A stretch of 64,000 bases of DNA from an uncultured Sediminibacterium sp. (lineage in GTDB: Bacteria > Bacteroidota > Bacteroidia > Chitinophagales > Chitinophagaceae): positions 10,525 to 74,524 of the forward strand of contig CAZLKW010000001.1 of NCBI GenBank assembly GCA_964560215.1, written 5' to 3'. Positions 19,713 through 29,686 of the stretch are shown here, piece by piece. The notes below the pieces were generated by a model. The model was not told where the DNA came from. It did not search any database and worked only from the letters and a program-made list of their open reading frames with translations. The position numbers and the translations under genes were made by a program. Each line of letters opens with the position of its first letter. The first letter of the stretch is position 1.

Positions 19713-22700
19713 TTATTCAGCAACTTTGGTATTTTTAACTGGCTTTTTATCTAAATATTCCTTGCGGTCTACTTTTGAATTACCTGTTACCATTTCATCT
19801 AAATTATCGCCCTTGTATAAACGACCATTTTTCATGATGTATTGAATGCTATTGGTGTTCTTAATATCTTCCAATGGATTCTTATTTAAAATAATTAAGT
19901 CAGCTAATTTGCCTACGCTAATACTTCCAAGGTCTTTGTCTAATCCAAGGCTTTCGGCACCTAAAATAGTAGCTGTTTTTAATGCATCTAAATTACGCAT
20001 ACCGCCAGACTGCATCGACCAAAGTTCCCAATGGTAACCCAGGCCTTGTAATTGACCATGACTTCCAATACCAGCAAGACCGCCGGCTTCAACGATTTGC
20101 TTCATGCTCTTTGCGTGCTTTTGAAACACATGTTCTTCTGGAAGGAACCAAGTTGCACGACGTCTAGACTTACTTGCCAATTCCTCGTAAGGGGTATAGT
20201 ACTGCATCTTCTCATCGCCATATACATTTTCTGTTTCGTAATAATAGTTCTCTGCCCAAGGTCCACCATAAGAAACCAATAAAGTTGGTGTTACTGCCAT
20301 CTTAGAACTTGCAATTGTTTTCACTACGTCATTGTATAAAGGATAAATTGGTAAAGAGTGTTCATGACCAGGGTACCCATCTATTAAATTAGTCATGTTC
20401 AATTTAAAGTCCAATCCACCTTCTGTTGTAGGCATTAATTTTTGATTCTTAGCTGCTTGAATCACCCATTGTCTATGTTTACGATTACCTACTAAATACA
20501 TTTTAATATACTTTGTATTAAAGTATTTACTGTATTGAGCTAATACAGATTCAGCTTGTGCAGAATCTTTTAAATTATAGGACCAGTAGCCAACCCCAGG
20601 ACCAGTTGAATAAACCCTTGGCCCTACCATTTTACCTGCATCTACTAAGTCACTATACGTTAGAACGTCTGTGGTAGCAGTTTGTGGGTCACGAGTCGTA
20701 GTTACACCATAAGCTAAATTAGCCGCATAAATCCATGCTTGATTTTTATGGATTCCCCAGCTTGGCCACATATGAGAGTGTGTATCCACAAATCCTGGTA
20801 CGACAGTTTTGCCAGCAAGGTTCACTCGTTTAGCACCAACTGGTACTTTTAAAGAACCTGATTTTCCAACCGCTTGAATTCTATTTTTTACAACTAAGAT
20901 ATCACCTTTATTAATGACTTGATCGCCATTCATAGTGATGATGCGCGCGTTCGTTAACAAAACAGTGGTGCTAGGCATATCATTTTCATAATAGACTTTC
21001 ACCCAATTTTCAGTCGCTTTATACCTAGGTGTATCTTTTTTATCTTCTTTCTTAACAATATTAGTACTGTCTTTTTTAGTGGTATCTTTTTTAACGGATG
21101 CTTCTAATTTTTTTGCAGTAGCCAAGCTATCATCAAATGCATAAGCTGCATCCACATTATAAGTGAAATGCGCTGCGCCTAAACTCCAATGAATTGTTTT
21201 TCCATCTGCTTGCCAGCTTGGAAATTCGCCACCAATTTCAGTTAATAGTCTACTAGGAAATGCAGCGTTCTTTGCGTCAGCTACTGAAATCGAAACTGAT
21301 TTACCTGACTGCGGTATCGTTACATAATAAATATTGTTATTTACTTTGGCAATCGCAGCGCTACCTTTTGGTGACAACAAAATTGTATTGGCACTTGATG
21401 GCGGATTGTTTTCTTTCGCAGCAGCATCGTCTTCTTCCATAATTTCTGGAATAATACAAGGGTCTGCAACTGGTTTGCCGCGGTGTTCTGGAATACTTCC
21501 AAAAGTGGTGATACCAGAAATTTTTGCAATTTCTTTTTCATCACCGCCATCCCACTGAATAGAAATCAACCTGCCACGATTGTTTAAATAAATGCGACCA
21601 TCGTTTAAAGCAAAGTGTGGATTGTATCTGCCATTTGCTTTATCAATCATTGTTTCATTGCCAGTAGTTAAATCTATCCACGCTAACTCATCTTCTGAAT
21701 CATCATAAGTAGGTTCAATAGCGTCTTTAAATTTTTGTGCATTGGTTTTATTAAAAACTAATTTTTTTCCAGATGGATCAATTGCCACACTTTGGTATAA
21801 GGCGTTTTCCTTTGTGATAATTTTTTCGTTCGAACTAGTTAGGTCCACAAAACGAATACTACCACCCCCTGCATTCCATGTGGTAAAAAAAATACCATTG
21901 CCTTCAATATTCCAAACTGGTTGTGCTTCGGTGAAATCATTTTTAGTTAAACGCTTTGGTGTACCATTTGGATAATCCATTAAATATAAGCGATTCAATA
22001 CTGTAAATGCTAATTGCTTGCCATTTGGCGATGGAACTGCATCTCTAATCTGAGTAGCCATTGTTGCAACTGTATCTTTGATAGGATACTTGAATAATAC
22101 TTCTGGTCCCATTTCAATTTTAGCATCCACTGTATAATCAATCTCTGTTTGAGTTGCAGTTTCAATATTAATCTTATTAATTTTTCCACCATAAGATGCG
22201 AGTAAATATTTACTATCTGGCGTAAAACTCATTGCAGGTAAAACACCTAACACTGCAATTGATTCTTGATCGTCTCTTTGCACAGGATAAGCCAACCAGC
22301 TTTCTTCGCCTGTTGCTAAATTTCTTTTTACCAATCCAGTTTTATCTTCAAATCTTGAACCATACACCATCCACTTGCCATCTTTTGATAAGACAGGAGT
22401 AAATGCAGATCCATATCTAGAAGCAATTGTGCGACTAGTTCCTTTTTCTCTATCATATACGCCGATACTATATTGAGGCAACATTGCGTTGTAGTTCCAA
22501 GCACCATTGCGTGCACTATAATAAATATAACGACCATCTGCGCTTACTGCTGGATCAATCGTTTTTAAAGTGGCAGGGGCATCAATCAAACTAGTTCCCG
22601 CACCACCGTTTTTATGCATCAAATATAATTTTGTGTTACGACGTCCCTTGGTGTAGACGATATAATTTCCATCAGGCGTATACACTGCGCCAGGAAAATT

Positions 22701-23114
22701 ATTGTTTTGCTCTTCTGTTAAAGCAAGGGTATCTTTTTTCTCTAAATCGATGTACCATAAATTTTCTGCACCAGAACGGTCAGAGATAAAAAGAATTCTT
22801 TTACCATCTGGGCTATAACTTGGATGGTTGTCATAGGCCATGCCTTTTGTAATGGCAGTCGCCTTTCCGCCTTCCATCGGGATACTATAGATATCTCCCA
22901 TTAGATCAAATAAAATCGTCTTTCCATCTGGGCTCACCGCCAAAGAAGTCCAAGTGCCTTCGTTGGTGGTAAAGTCGATAGACCTTGTAGCTTTAAGGGG
23001 CAATCCCTTAAATTGACTAAAGCTAAGGCTATCCTTTTTAGGACTTTTATTGTCTTGAGCTTGCGCATTGATTAAACCAAGGCCCAAAATGAGGGTCAAA
23101 GCATATATTCTCAT
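19713..23114 (-). CDS. Secreted amidohydrolase with TolB-like (PD40) beta-propeller
   Basis: SPDGK repeats; PGFVDTHSH, GHEH, GSHG, GSISVGKLAD. Confidence 0.92.
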   Translation of the reverse strand: MRIYALTLILGLGLINAQAQDNKSPKKDSLSFSQFKGLPLKATRSIDFTTNEGTWTSLAVSPDGKTILFDLMGDIYSIPMEGGKATAITKGMAYDNHPSYSPDGKRILFISDRSGAENLWYIDLEKKDTLALTEEQNNNFPGAVYTPDGNYIVYTKGRRNTKLYLMHKNGGAGTSLIDAPATLKTIDPAVSADGRYIYYSARNGAWNYNAMLPQYSIGVYDREKGTSRTIASRYGSAFTPVLSKDGKWMVYGSRFEDKTGLVKRNLATGEESWLAYPVQRDDQESIAVLGVLPAMSFTPDSKYLLASYGGKINKINIETATQTEIDYTVDAKIEMGPEVLFKYPIKDTVATMATQIRDAVPSPNGKQLAFTVLNRLYLMDYPNGTPKRLTKNDFTEAQPVWNIEGNGIFFTTWNAGGGSIRFVDLTSSNEKIITKENALYQSVAIDPSGKKLVFNKTNAQKFKDAIEPTYDDSEDELAWIDLTTGNETMIDKANGRYNPHFALNDGRIYLNNRGRLISIQWDGGDEKEIAKISGITTFGSIPEHRGKPVADPCIIPEIMEEDDAAAKENNPPSSANTILLSPKGSAAIAKVNNNIYYVTIPQSGKSVSISVADAKNAAFPSRLLTEIGGEFPSWQADGKTIHWSLGAAHFTYNVDAAYAFDDSLATAKKLEASVKKDTTKKDSTNIVKKEDKKDTPRYKATENWVKVYYENDMPSTTVLLTNARIITMNGDQVINKGDILVVKNRIQAVGKSGSLKVPVGAKRVNLAGKTVVPGFVDTHSHMWPSWGIHKNQAWIYAANLAYGVTTTRDPQTATTDVLTYSDLVDAGKMVGPRVYSTGPGVGYWSYNLKDSAQAESVLAQYSKYFNTKYIKMYLVGNRKHRQWVIQAAKNQKLMPTTEGGLDFKLNMTNLIDGYPGHEHSLPIYPLYNDVVKTIASSKMAVTPTLLVSYGGPWAENYYYETENVYGDEKMQYYTPYEELASKSRRRATWFLPEEHVFQKHAKSMKQIVEAGGLAGIGSHGQLQGLGYHWELWSMQSGGMRNLDALKTATILGAESLGLDKDLGSISVGKLADLIILNKNPLEDIKNTNSIQYIMKNGRLYKGDNLDEMVTGNSKVDRKEYLDKKPVKNTKVAE

Positions 23115-23277
23115 GATAATTATTTTTTGAAAGTTACGTTAATACCATATCTCATTGAAAAAAATGACCCAAATGAGGATCGCCGTTCATCAAATTTTTC
23201 ACTCATTTTAACATAAAACGAAGCTATAACGGGCTTTCTGTGACTTATGTTTACGAACTCAATCGTATATTTACACT

Positions 23278-26094
23278 ATGAATAAACAAAAACTAGCTCA
23301 ATTTTTTATCATAAATACTTTATTATTAATAAGTTATGTTGGTTTAGCTCAGAATATGACCATTCAAGGATCGTTAAAAGATAGTATTGCTAATCGTGCT
23401 TTGAATTCGGCAACTGTTTCACTTGTTTATGCAATAGACTCCTCTTTGGTTAGTTTTTCGAGAACCAATGAGTCAGGAGTCTTTAGTTTTAAAAATGTGG
23501 TACCTGGTGCCTACTTGATCTCCATTTCTTATGTTGGCTACCAACCTAAATGGGTTCCTGTCGTAAATGCTTCAGATAAGACGGTAGAAATGGGGACTAT
23601 TTACATGAATGATGTCAATAATATGTCTACCGTTACGGTAACTGCTCGTAGACCGCCAGTAGTTATTAATGGAGATTCGGTTGAATTCAATTCTGAAAAT
23701 TTTAAAACAGCACCGAATGCGGTGGTGGAAGATTTATTGAAAAAAATGCCAGGAATAGAAGTAGATAAATCTGGTGGCATTACAGTGAATGGTAAAACGG
23801 TCACAAAAGTTTTTGTGAATGGAAAAGAGTTTTTCACTGGAGATCCGAAAATGGCGACCAAGAATTTACCTGCTGATGCAGTAGATAAAATTCAAGTGTA
23901 TGATCGCAAATCAGATCAAGCAATGTTTACTGGTATAGATGATGGTTCAGAAGAAACAGCCATCAATTTAAAATTAAAAAAAGATCGTAACAGATCTACT
24001 TTTGGAAAATTAAGCGGAGGAGCCGGTACGCCATCTGTATTTGATACACAAGGCAATATCAATGTTATTAATAATGACGAACAGTTTTCGGCAATAGGGG
24101 GAGCGAACAATACCAATCGCCAGAATTTTTCTACAAGAAATATTGTGAATTTTTCAGGCGGAGGTGGACGTAGACCTGGTGCAGGAGCTGGTGTCACAAT
24201 CAATATTGGAGGTGGTGGCTCAGGAGAGACGGATGCGAATGCGCAAGGCATTTCTGAAACCTATTCTATCGGTGGAAATTATTCCAATTTATTTAATAGT
24301 AAGAAAATAGAATTCAATGCGAATACGGCTATTAATGATGTGGAGCGCAATAATAATAGTGTATCGTTTACGCAGAATTTAACACCGAATAATCAATTTA
24401 ACAGAAAATCAAATTCAAATTCTGTTAATAGAAACCAACAACAAAGTTTCGGTAGTACAATTGATCATAAAGTAACAGAAACATTTTCATATAGATTTAC
24501 GCCAAGTTTAAGTTGGCAACAAACAAGTTCATCAAGCGAAGACACTACCTTAACCAGATTGGGATTGGATCCAAATGGTGCAATTACGAATCGTAATACA
24601 ACAGCAGCAACTAGTATTTCTGATGCGGTGAATGCTTCTAGTAATTTATTATTAAGAAAAAAATTCGCCAAAAAAGGAAGAACAATATCCTCTACGATTA
24701 CGCAAAGTTATAACCAGTCAAACTCGACAGGTAGTCAATATACAAGTCAGTTTTTTTATGCAGGAGGTAATTTAACTTCAGACTCAATATTAGACCAACA
24801 AAATATTCGCAAGGGAAATACAACGACTTATTCTGCCAATGTGATTTATACCGAACCAATTAGTAAAAGGTCTTTATTAGAGTTCAATAGCTATTTAAGT
24901 AAGTCTATTGGCTCGTCAAGTAGAAAAGTGTTTGATCAAAATGAGATAACAGATTCATATGACTTATTGAACAAGCGCTTAACAAACGAATTCAATAGCG
25001 AGTATACTTATTCTGGTGGTGGAATGAGTTTTAGATCTAATCAAAAGAAATTTAATTTTGCGACGGGTGTGTCATTACAAAATGCGGTATTAAATGGAGA
25101 GAATATCAGCGCAAACACAAAATTAAGCCAAAGCTTCCAAGACATCTTACCTAATGCAAACTTTAGGTACAATTTTTCTCAAACGAAAAACTTAAATATT
25201 GATTACCGAACTTCAACTAATCAACCTTCTATTACACAGTTACAGCCTGTTTTAGATCAAAGCAATATCAATAGACAAGTCATTGGTAACCCAGATTTAA
25301 AAAGAAGCTATGTACATAATTTAAATATTCGTTTTTTCTCTTCTAAAATATTAGCAGGTAAAAATTTCTTCTCAACACTTAATGCATCTACTACTAATAA
25401 TTCTATTGTGAATTATGATAGTGTTTTGCCGAACAGAACAATCCTTACTAAGCCAGTGAATGTGAATGGCGCTTATAGGCTCAATGGATCTGTGAACTAT
25501 GGTTTTGGTATTAAAAAAATTAACTCTAGGTTAAACTTTGGATTAAGTGCCGGTTTAAATAATAATATCTCCTTTGCGAACGGCTTATTGAATACAATTG
25601 TAACAAAATCTACTGGTCCGAGTATGACGTATAGTTATATTTTAGACGATGTAATAGATATTAATTTAACAGCTCGCTATTCCTATAGCAAAACAAATAA
25701 CGAAGTAAACCCATCTCTAAATACCAATTTCCTTACAAAAGTATTTGGCGCAGACATGACCAATTATTTACCATTTAATATAGTATTAAATCAATCTTTC
25801 AATTACGCAATCAACAGTGGGCGTGCAGAAGGATTTAATACAGCAGTGCCAATATGGAATGCTAGTTTTTCTAAATTCTTTATGAAAAACAAAAGAGCAG
25901 AATTAAAAATGAGTGCTTTTGACTTATTGAATAAAAATATTGGTATCAGCCGAAATGTATCACAGAATCAGATTGTGGACAGGTCTTATAATGTGATTAG
26001 TCAATACTTCTTATTGAGCTTTACCTATAGTTTACAAAAGTCTGGCCTAGGCGGTGGAGGCCGAAGATCTGGTGCAGTAATGATTAGAATGTAG
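23278..26094 (+). CDS. TonB-dependent-like outer membrane beta-barrel with carboxypeptidase-regulatory-like N-domain
   Basis: EDLLKKMPG, NGKEFF, GNPDLK, C-terminal barrel strands; upstream of GLPGLI gene. Confidence 0.85.
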   Translation: MNKQKLAQFFIINTLLLISYVGLAQNMTIQGSLKDSIANRALNSATVSLVYAIDSSLVSFSRTNESGVFSFKNVVPGAYLISISYVGYQPKWVPVVNASDKTVEMGTIYMNDVNNMSTVTVTARRPPVVINGDSVEFNSENFKTAPNAVVEDLLKKMPGIEVDKSGGITVNGKTVTKVFVNGKEFFTGDPKMATKNLPADAVDKIQVYDRKSDQAMFTGIDDGSEETAINLKLKKDRNRSTFGKLSGGAGTPSVFDTQGNINVINNDEQFSAIGGANNTNRQNFSTRNIVNFSGGGGRRPGAGAGVTINIGGGGSGETDANAQGISETYSIGGNYSNLFNSKKIEFNANTAINDVERNNNSVSFTQNLTPNNQFNRKSNSNSVNRNQQQSFGSTIDHKVTETFSYRFTPSLSWQQTSSSSEDTTLTRLGLDPNGAITNRNTTAATSISDAVNASSNLLLRKKFAKKGRTISSTITQSYNQSNSTGSQYTSQFFYAGGNLTSDSILDQQNIRKGNTTTYSANVIYTEPISKRSLLEFNSYLSKSIGSSSRKVFDQNEITDSYDLLNKRLTNEFNSEYTYSGGGMSFRSNQKKFNFATGVSLQNAVLNGENISANTKLSQSFQDILPNANFRYNFSQTKNLNIDYRTSTNQPSITQLQPVLDQSNINRQVIGNPDLKRSYVHNLNIRFFSSKILAGKNFFSTLNASTTNNSIVNYDSVLPNRTILTKPVNVNGAYRLNGSVNYGFGIKKINSRLNFGLSAGLNNNISFANGLLNTIVTKSTGPSMTYSYILDDVIDINLTARYSYSKTNNEVNPSLNTNFLTKVFGADMTNYLPFNIVLNQSFNYAINSGRAEGFNTAVPIWNASFSKFFMKNKRAELKMSAFDLLNKNIGISRNVSQNQIVDRSYNVISQYFLLSFTYSLQKSGLGGGGRRSGAVMIRM

Positions 26095-26167
26095 ATACAT
26101 TTTAATCAAATTAATTCAAACAAGAAATGATAAACAATAGACTTAAAAAAAATATAAAATAGCATTT

Positions 26168-27004
26168 ATGAAAAAAATACAATTGGCATTCGCCCTTTTA
26201 GTTGTTTTGACAACAACTGCAAGTGCACAAATGAAAGAAGGTAAGATTAGTTATGAGCGTAAAGTGAATATGCATCGTAATATTCCTGATCCTCAAATGA
26301 AATCGATGATACCTGAGTTTAGAACAGATAATTTTGAATTGATTTTTAATGAATCAGCAAGTTTATTCAGATCTGTGGTGGATGATGAAGCGCCGGATCC
26401 ATTTGCAAACGCAGGTGGTGGCGGTGGCGGTATGCGCATGAACTTTAGAATGCCAACAACTACAACTTATACAGATATCGCAAAACAAACACAATACGAA
26501 GAGCGCGCTTTTTTTGAAAAAGAGTTCTTGATTGTAGATTCTTTAAAACAATATAAGTGGAAATTGTCAGAAGAGACAAAGACGATCGCGAAGCAATTAT
26601 GTAAAAAAGCAACTACAATGGTAACGGCGCCTCAAATGCGTGTTCGTATTAGTAGAGGCGGCGAAAACAACAATGATTCAACTGCGAATGCGCCTAAGCC
26701 ACCAAAAGAAACTGAATTAGTAGTGTGGTATGCAGAGAATATTCCAGTATCAGTAGGTCCAGATAATTACAGTGGATTACCTGGTGTGATTATGGAAATG
26801 GATTTAGACAATGGGGCTACTGTTACAACAGCAGTGGAGGTAAGTGCTAAATATCCTAAAAAGGAATTAGTACAACCTACAAAAGGAGAGAAAATGACTA
26901 GGGCGCAATTTCAAGAAAAAATGCAAAAATTAATGCAAGATATGCAACGTGGTGGCGGCATTAGAATGGGTGGGGCTTCGTTCAGAATTGGCGGGGGTAA
27001 TTAA
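26168..27004 (+). CDS. GLPGLI family protein
   Basis: WY..IP...GP..YSGLPGVI motif; signal peptide. Confidence 0.92.
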   Translation: MKKIQLAFALLVVLTTTASAQMKEGKISYERKVNMHRNIPDPQMKSMIPEFRTDNFELIFNESASLFRSVVDDEAPDPFANAGGGGGGMRMNFRMPTTTTYTDIAKQTQYEERAFFEKEFLIVDSLKQYKWKLSEETKTIAKQLCKKATTMVTAPQMRVRISRGGENNNDSTANAPKPPKETELVVWYAENIPVSVGPDNYSGLPGVIMEMDLDNGATVTTAVEVSAKYPKKELVQPTKGEKMTRAQFQEKMQKLMQDMQRGGGIRMGGASFRIGGGN

Positions 27005-29069
27005 TATTCCATTTCCAGCCAATAGCAATCGTCCTGTTATCTCCTAAATAATAGGCATAGGCATTATTGCCCTTTACGCTAAAATTTCTTGTAGCCATGG
27101 TAGCATAAAACTTGTCTGTTAGGTTAAAGCATTGAAACCAGAATTCGTTTTTCTTGCTTGTATAGTTCACCCTTAGATTCAACACATCAAATCCTGTGTA
27201 GCTAGTAGCATTAATCTCGTCCATATAATAACCAGATTGATGTTGCCATTCAATTGAAGAGGTTAATTTTTTATTCCACTGACTTAATACAGTCAGGTTA
27301 CTAAAAAAACGAGGGGCTGCAACCATTTCTTTGTTGCTAATATCTGTACCTTTTAAAATGGTATTTATATAAATATGCTTTGCATTGCTTCCGTTAAAAT
27401 TGATTTGTACTAAAGGGTCAATTTTATATTTTATTTGGTACTCAATGCCATAATGTTTTGTTTGACCTGTATTTTGGTTTAGGTTGACGCCATCTGGCTG
27501 TCTCACAGAAATAATTTCATTACGACCATTTAATTGGTAAAGCGACCATTCGATAGATCCATTTGGAATTGCAATCCAATTGCCAATTTCAATATTTGAA
27601 AAACTTTGAGGTAATAAGTAAGGCACTCGTACTGCATTATAGATCTCAGTAATTTGAGGTGGAACAAAACCCTTGCTATAATTTATATACCCTCCCCATT
27701 TAGGCTGATTGAAAGTAAGGCCTAATTTGGGTGTCCAATTTGTGAATAGATTATTTGAACTTGGTGTCCCCGTGTTTAGCTTGTTTTTAAACTTATAATT
27801 AAATTGATCGTATCTAATTGTTGCGTTGACTCTTAGATTTTTTACCACTGGCTGTATCCAATTAATATAAAAAGCCTGATTTGATATACTTGTTTTGTAA
27901 TGCGTGATTAAACTATCTTTTGCAGGTTTTGTAAAACTTGTAAACTTATTGATGATCGTGTCTTTTGTAATATCAATATAGTCTGCCCTAAGGCCTTGTA
28001 GCGTTTCATCAATATAGCCTCCAATTAGTATTTTTGATTTAGTCTTCTTAAGATTTATATGATGTTGTAGATCTAATACATATGCGTCAAAATGATTTGA
28101 ATTTTCTTGCCCTTTAAATTTAGTTGGGTTAGGAGTTGAAGCAATAGCATAGGTTGGATTCTGTGCCATAGTATTACCTCGATACAATAGGTTGATTGTT
28201 GTTGAATTTTGTTCATCCCATTGATAGCTTAAGTTTTGCCTAAGTCTAATTAGTTCCAATTTTCGGTAAGTAAAGCTTTGTTGCGTTGAATAATTTTTTG
28301 ATTGAAATTTTAAGCTATCTACCGTGCCGGTCATTTGTCCATCATAATTGATATATTGAAATTGCTGGTAGCCGCTCAATTTCTTTTTAAAAGAAAAATC
28401 TCTCTTAATACTGATAGCCGTTTTTGAATAGTCACTGTATTCTAAAACCCCATTTTTCTGCCCAATCTTGCTCATATTAAATGCCCATCCTGCATTTTTT
28501 CCTGATTTGTTCCAAATCAAATCCGATTTTATGAATCCATTGTTATTGATAAAATTGCTAATTGACAAATCCGATTTATTAGGGCGAGGCGCAGATATGA
28601 AATTAACCACTCCTCCTATAGCTTCAGCGCCATACAATGCGGATGCCGGCCCTTTGATGATTTCTACTTGATGTATTGAATTTGTATTTATTTCAATTAA
28701 CGCATTATTACTAAATAAGCCACTTGTTCGAATAGGCAAACCATCTTCTAAATACAAGTATAAACCCTTTAAGGAGATGGGTTGTCGAATAGACATCATA
28801 TGTTGTTCGTTCCCAATGGTAGGCATGAATACGCCACTCACTTTATTTAATAAAAAATCAACCCTGGTCGCTTTGGCTTCCTGTATTAGTTGTTTACCAA
28901 GGACACTTATCGCAATGGGAGATTCTATGCGTTTCTCTTTGGATTTATTTGCAGTAACAATGACTGTATTTAATATAGTATCAACTGATTGCAACGCTTT
29001 CTTTTGACCAGTAGCAAGAAAGGGCGCTAAAATCAATAGCATTAATAATTTATTAGGCTTAAAAGACAT
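26982..29069 (-). CDS. TonB-dependent receptor
   Basis: TonB box TVIVTA; plug EIIKGPASALYGAEAIGGVVN. Confidence 0.92.
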   Translation of the reverse strand: MSFKPNKLLMLLILAPFLATGQKKALQSVDTILNTVIVTANKSKEKRIESPIAISVLGKQLIQEAKATRVDFLLNKVSGVFMPTIGNEQHMMSIRQPISLKGLYLYLEDGLPIRTSGLFSNNALIEINTNSIHQVEIIKGPASALYGAEAIGGVVNFISAPRPNKSDLSISNFINNNGFIKSDLIWNKSGKNAGWAFNMSKIGQKNGVLEYSDYSKTAISIKRDFSFKKKLSGYQQFQYINYDGQMTGTVDSLKFQSKNYSTQQSFTYRKLELIRLRQNLSYQWDEQNSTTINLLYRGNTMAQNPTYAIASTPNPTKFKGQENSNHFDAYVLDLQHHINLKKTKSKILIGGYIDETLQGLRADYIDITKDTIINKFTSFTKPAKDSLITHYKTSISNQAFYINWIQPVVKNLRVNATIRYDQFNYKFKNKLNTGTPSSNNLFTNWTPKLGLTFNQPKWGGYINYSKGFVPPQITEIYNAVRVPYLLPQSFSNIEIGNWIAIPNGSIEWSLYQLNGRNEIISVRQPDGVNLNQNTGQTKHYGIEYQIKYKIDPLVQINFNGSNAKHIYINTILKGTDISNKEMVAAPRFFSNLTVLSQWNKKLTSSIEWQHQSGYYMDEINATSYTGFDVLNLRVNYTSKKNEFWFQCFNLTDKFYATMATRNFSVKGNNAYAYYLGDNRTIAIGWKWNINYPRQF

Positions 29070-29173
29070 TTTGTAAAAATAATCTTTTAATTTCTAATGA
29101 CTTAATTATCTCTTTTAATACATTTATGTATTCGCTTATACACAAGCTATTAAACTTATACAATAAAGGCTAG

Positions 29174-29461
29174 TTATATTACAACCACACTATTAGTCGT
29201 TCCAAAAACATTAGCTGTTTGAGCATCTGCATACTCGTCATTCAACCAAGTTTTCTTGTCTACTAAGTACTTGAATTCATGTTGAGTGCCTTTATCTATA
29301 TTCATTTCAACCGCAAAGCTGCCATCCTTCTTTTTTACCAATGCAATGCCTTTTTTCCATTCATTGTTTAAACCAAAAAGTTCCACTTTTTTAGCTTCAG
29401 CTTCTACAGTGAATTTTACTTTGCAGTATTCTTTTGTTTTGTAGTATTTTTTTTCAATCAT
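29174..29461 (-). CDS. Isoamylase early-set / CBM48 domain protein
   Basis: G..NEW, KKDGSF, EFKYLVD..W..D. Confidence 0.88.
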   Translation of the reverse strand: MIEKKYYKTKEYCKVKFTVEAEAKKVELFGLNNEWKKGIALVKKKDGSFAVEMNIDKGTQHEFKYLVDKKTWLNDEYADAQTANVFGTTNSVVVI

Positions 29462-29619
29462 AAAATGCGTTTTTAAGTTTTTTCTAATTTTTTCGTAAGA
29501 CCAAATAAGGATGTAGTAACTACTATTTAATACAAGTCTTTCTCAAAGGTAACCCTCAGAACCCTTGATAATAAAGGATCTTGTAATAATTTTTTACTAA
29601 CAAACAACCATTATCGCTC

Positions 29620-29632
29620 CGCAAACGTTACA
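29620..29632. promoter_or_regulatory. Possible LacI-family operator
   Basis: CGCAAACGTTACA, LacI-like with a central CG, upstream of the CBM48 gene. Confidence 0.35.
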
Positions 29633-29635
29633 AAT

Positions 29636-29667
29636 AAAAAGAGGCTCCATATTTGGAGCCTCTTTTT
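29636..29667 (-). terminator. Intrinsic terminator of pit operon
   Basis: AAAAAGAGGCTCCA-tatt-TGGAGCCTCTTTTT. Confidence 0.88.
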
Positions 29668-29686
29668 ATTTTATTCCTATAATATT

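Noticed and set aside
24150-27004. GGN-rich repeats in the barrel and GLPGLI genes
   Set aside because: Encode ordinary Gly-rich linkers typical of these families; not a DNA repeat system
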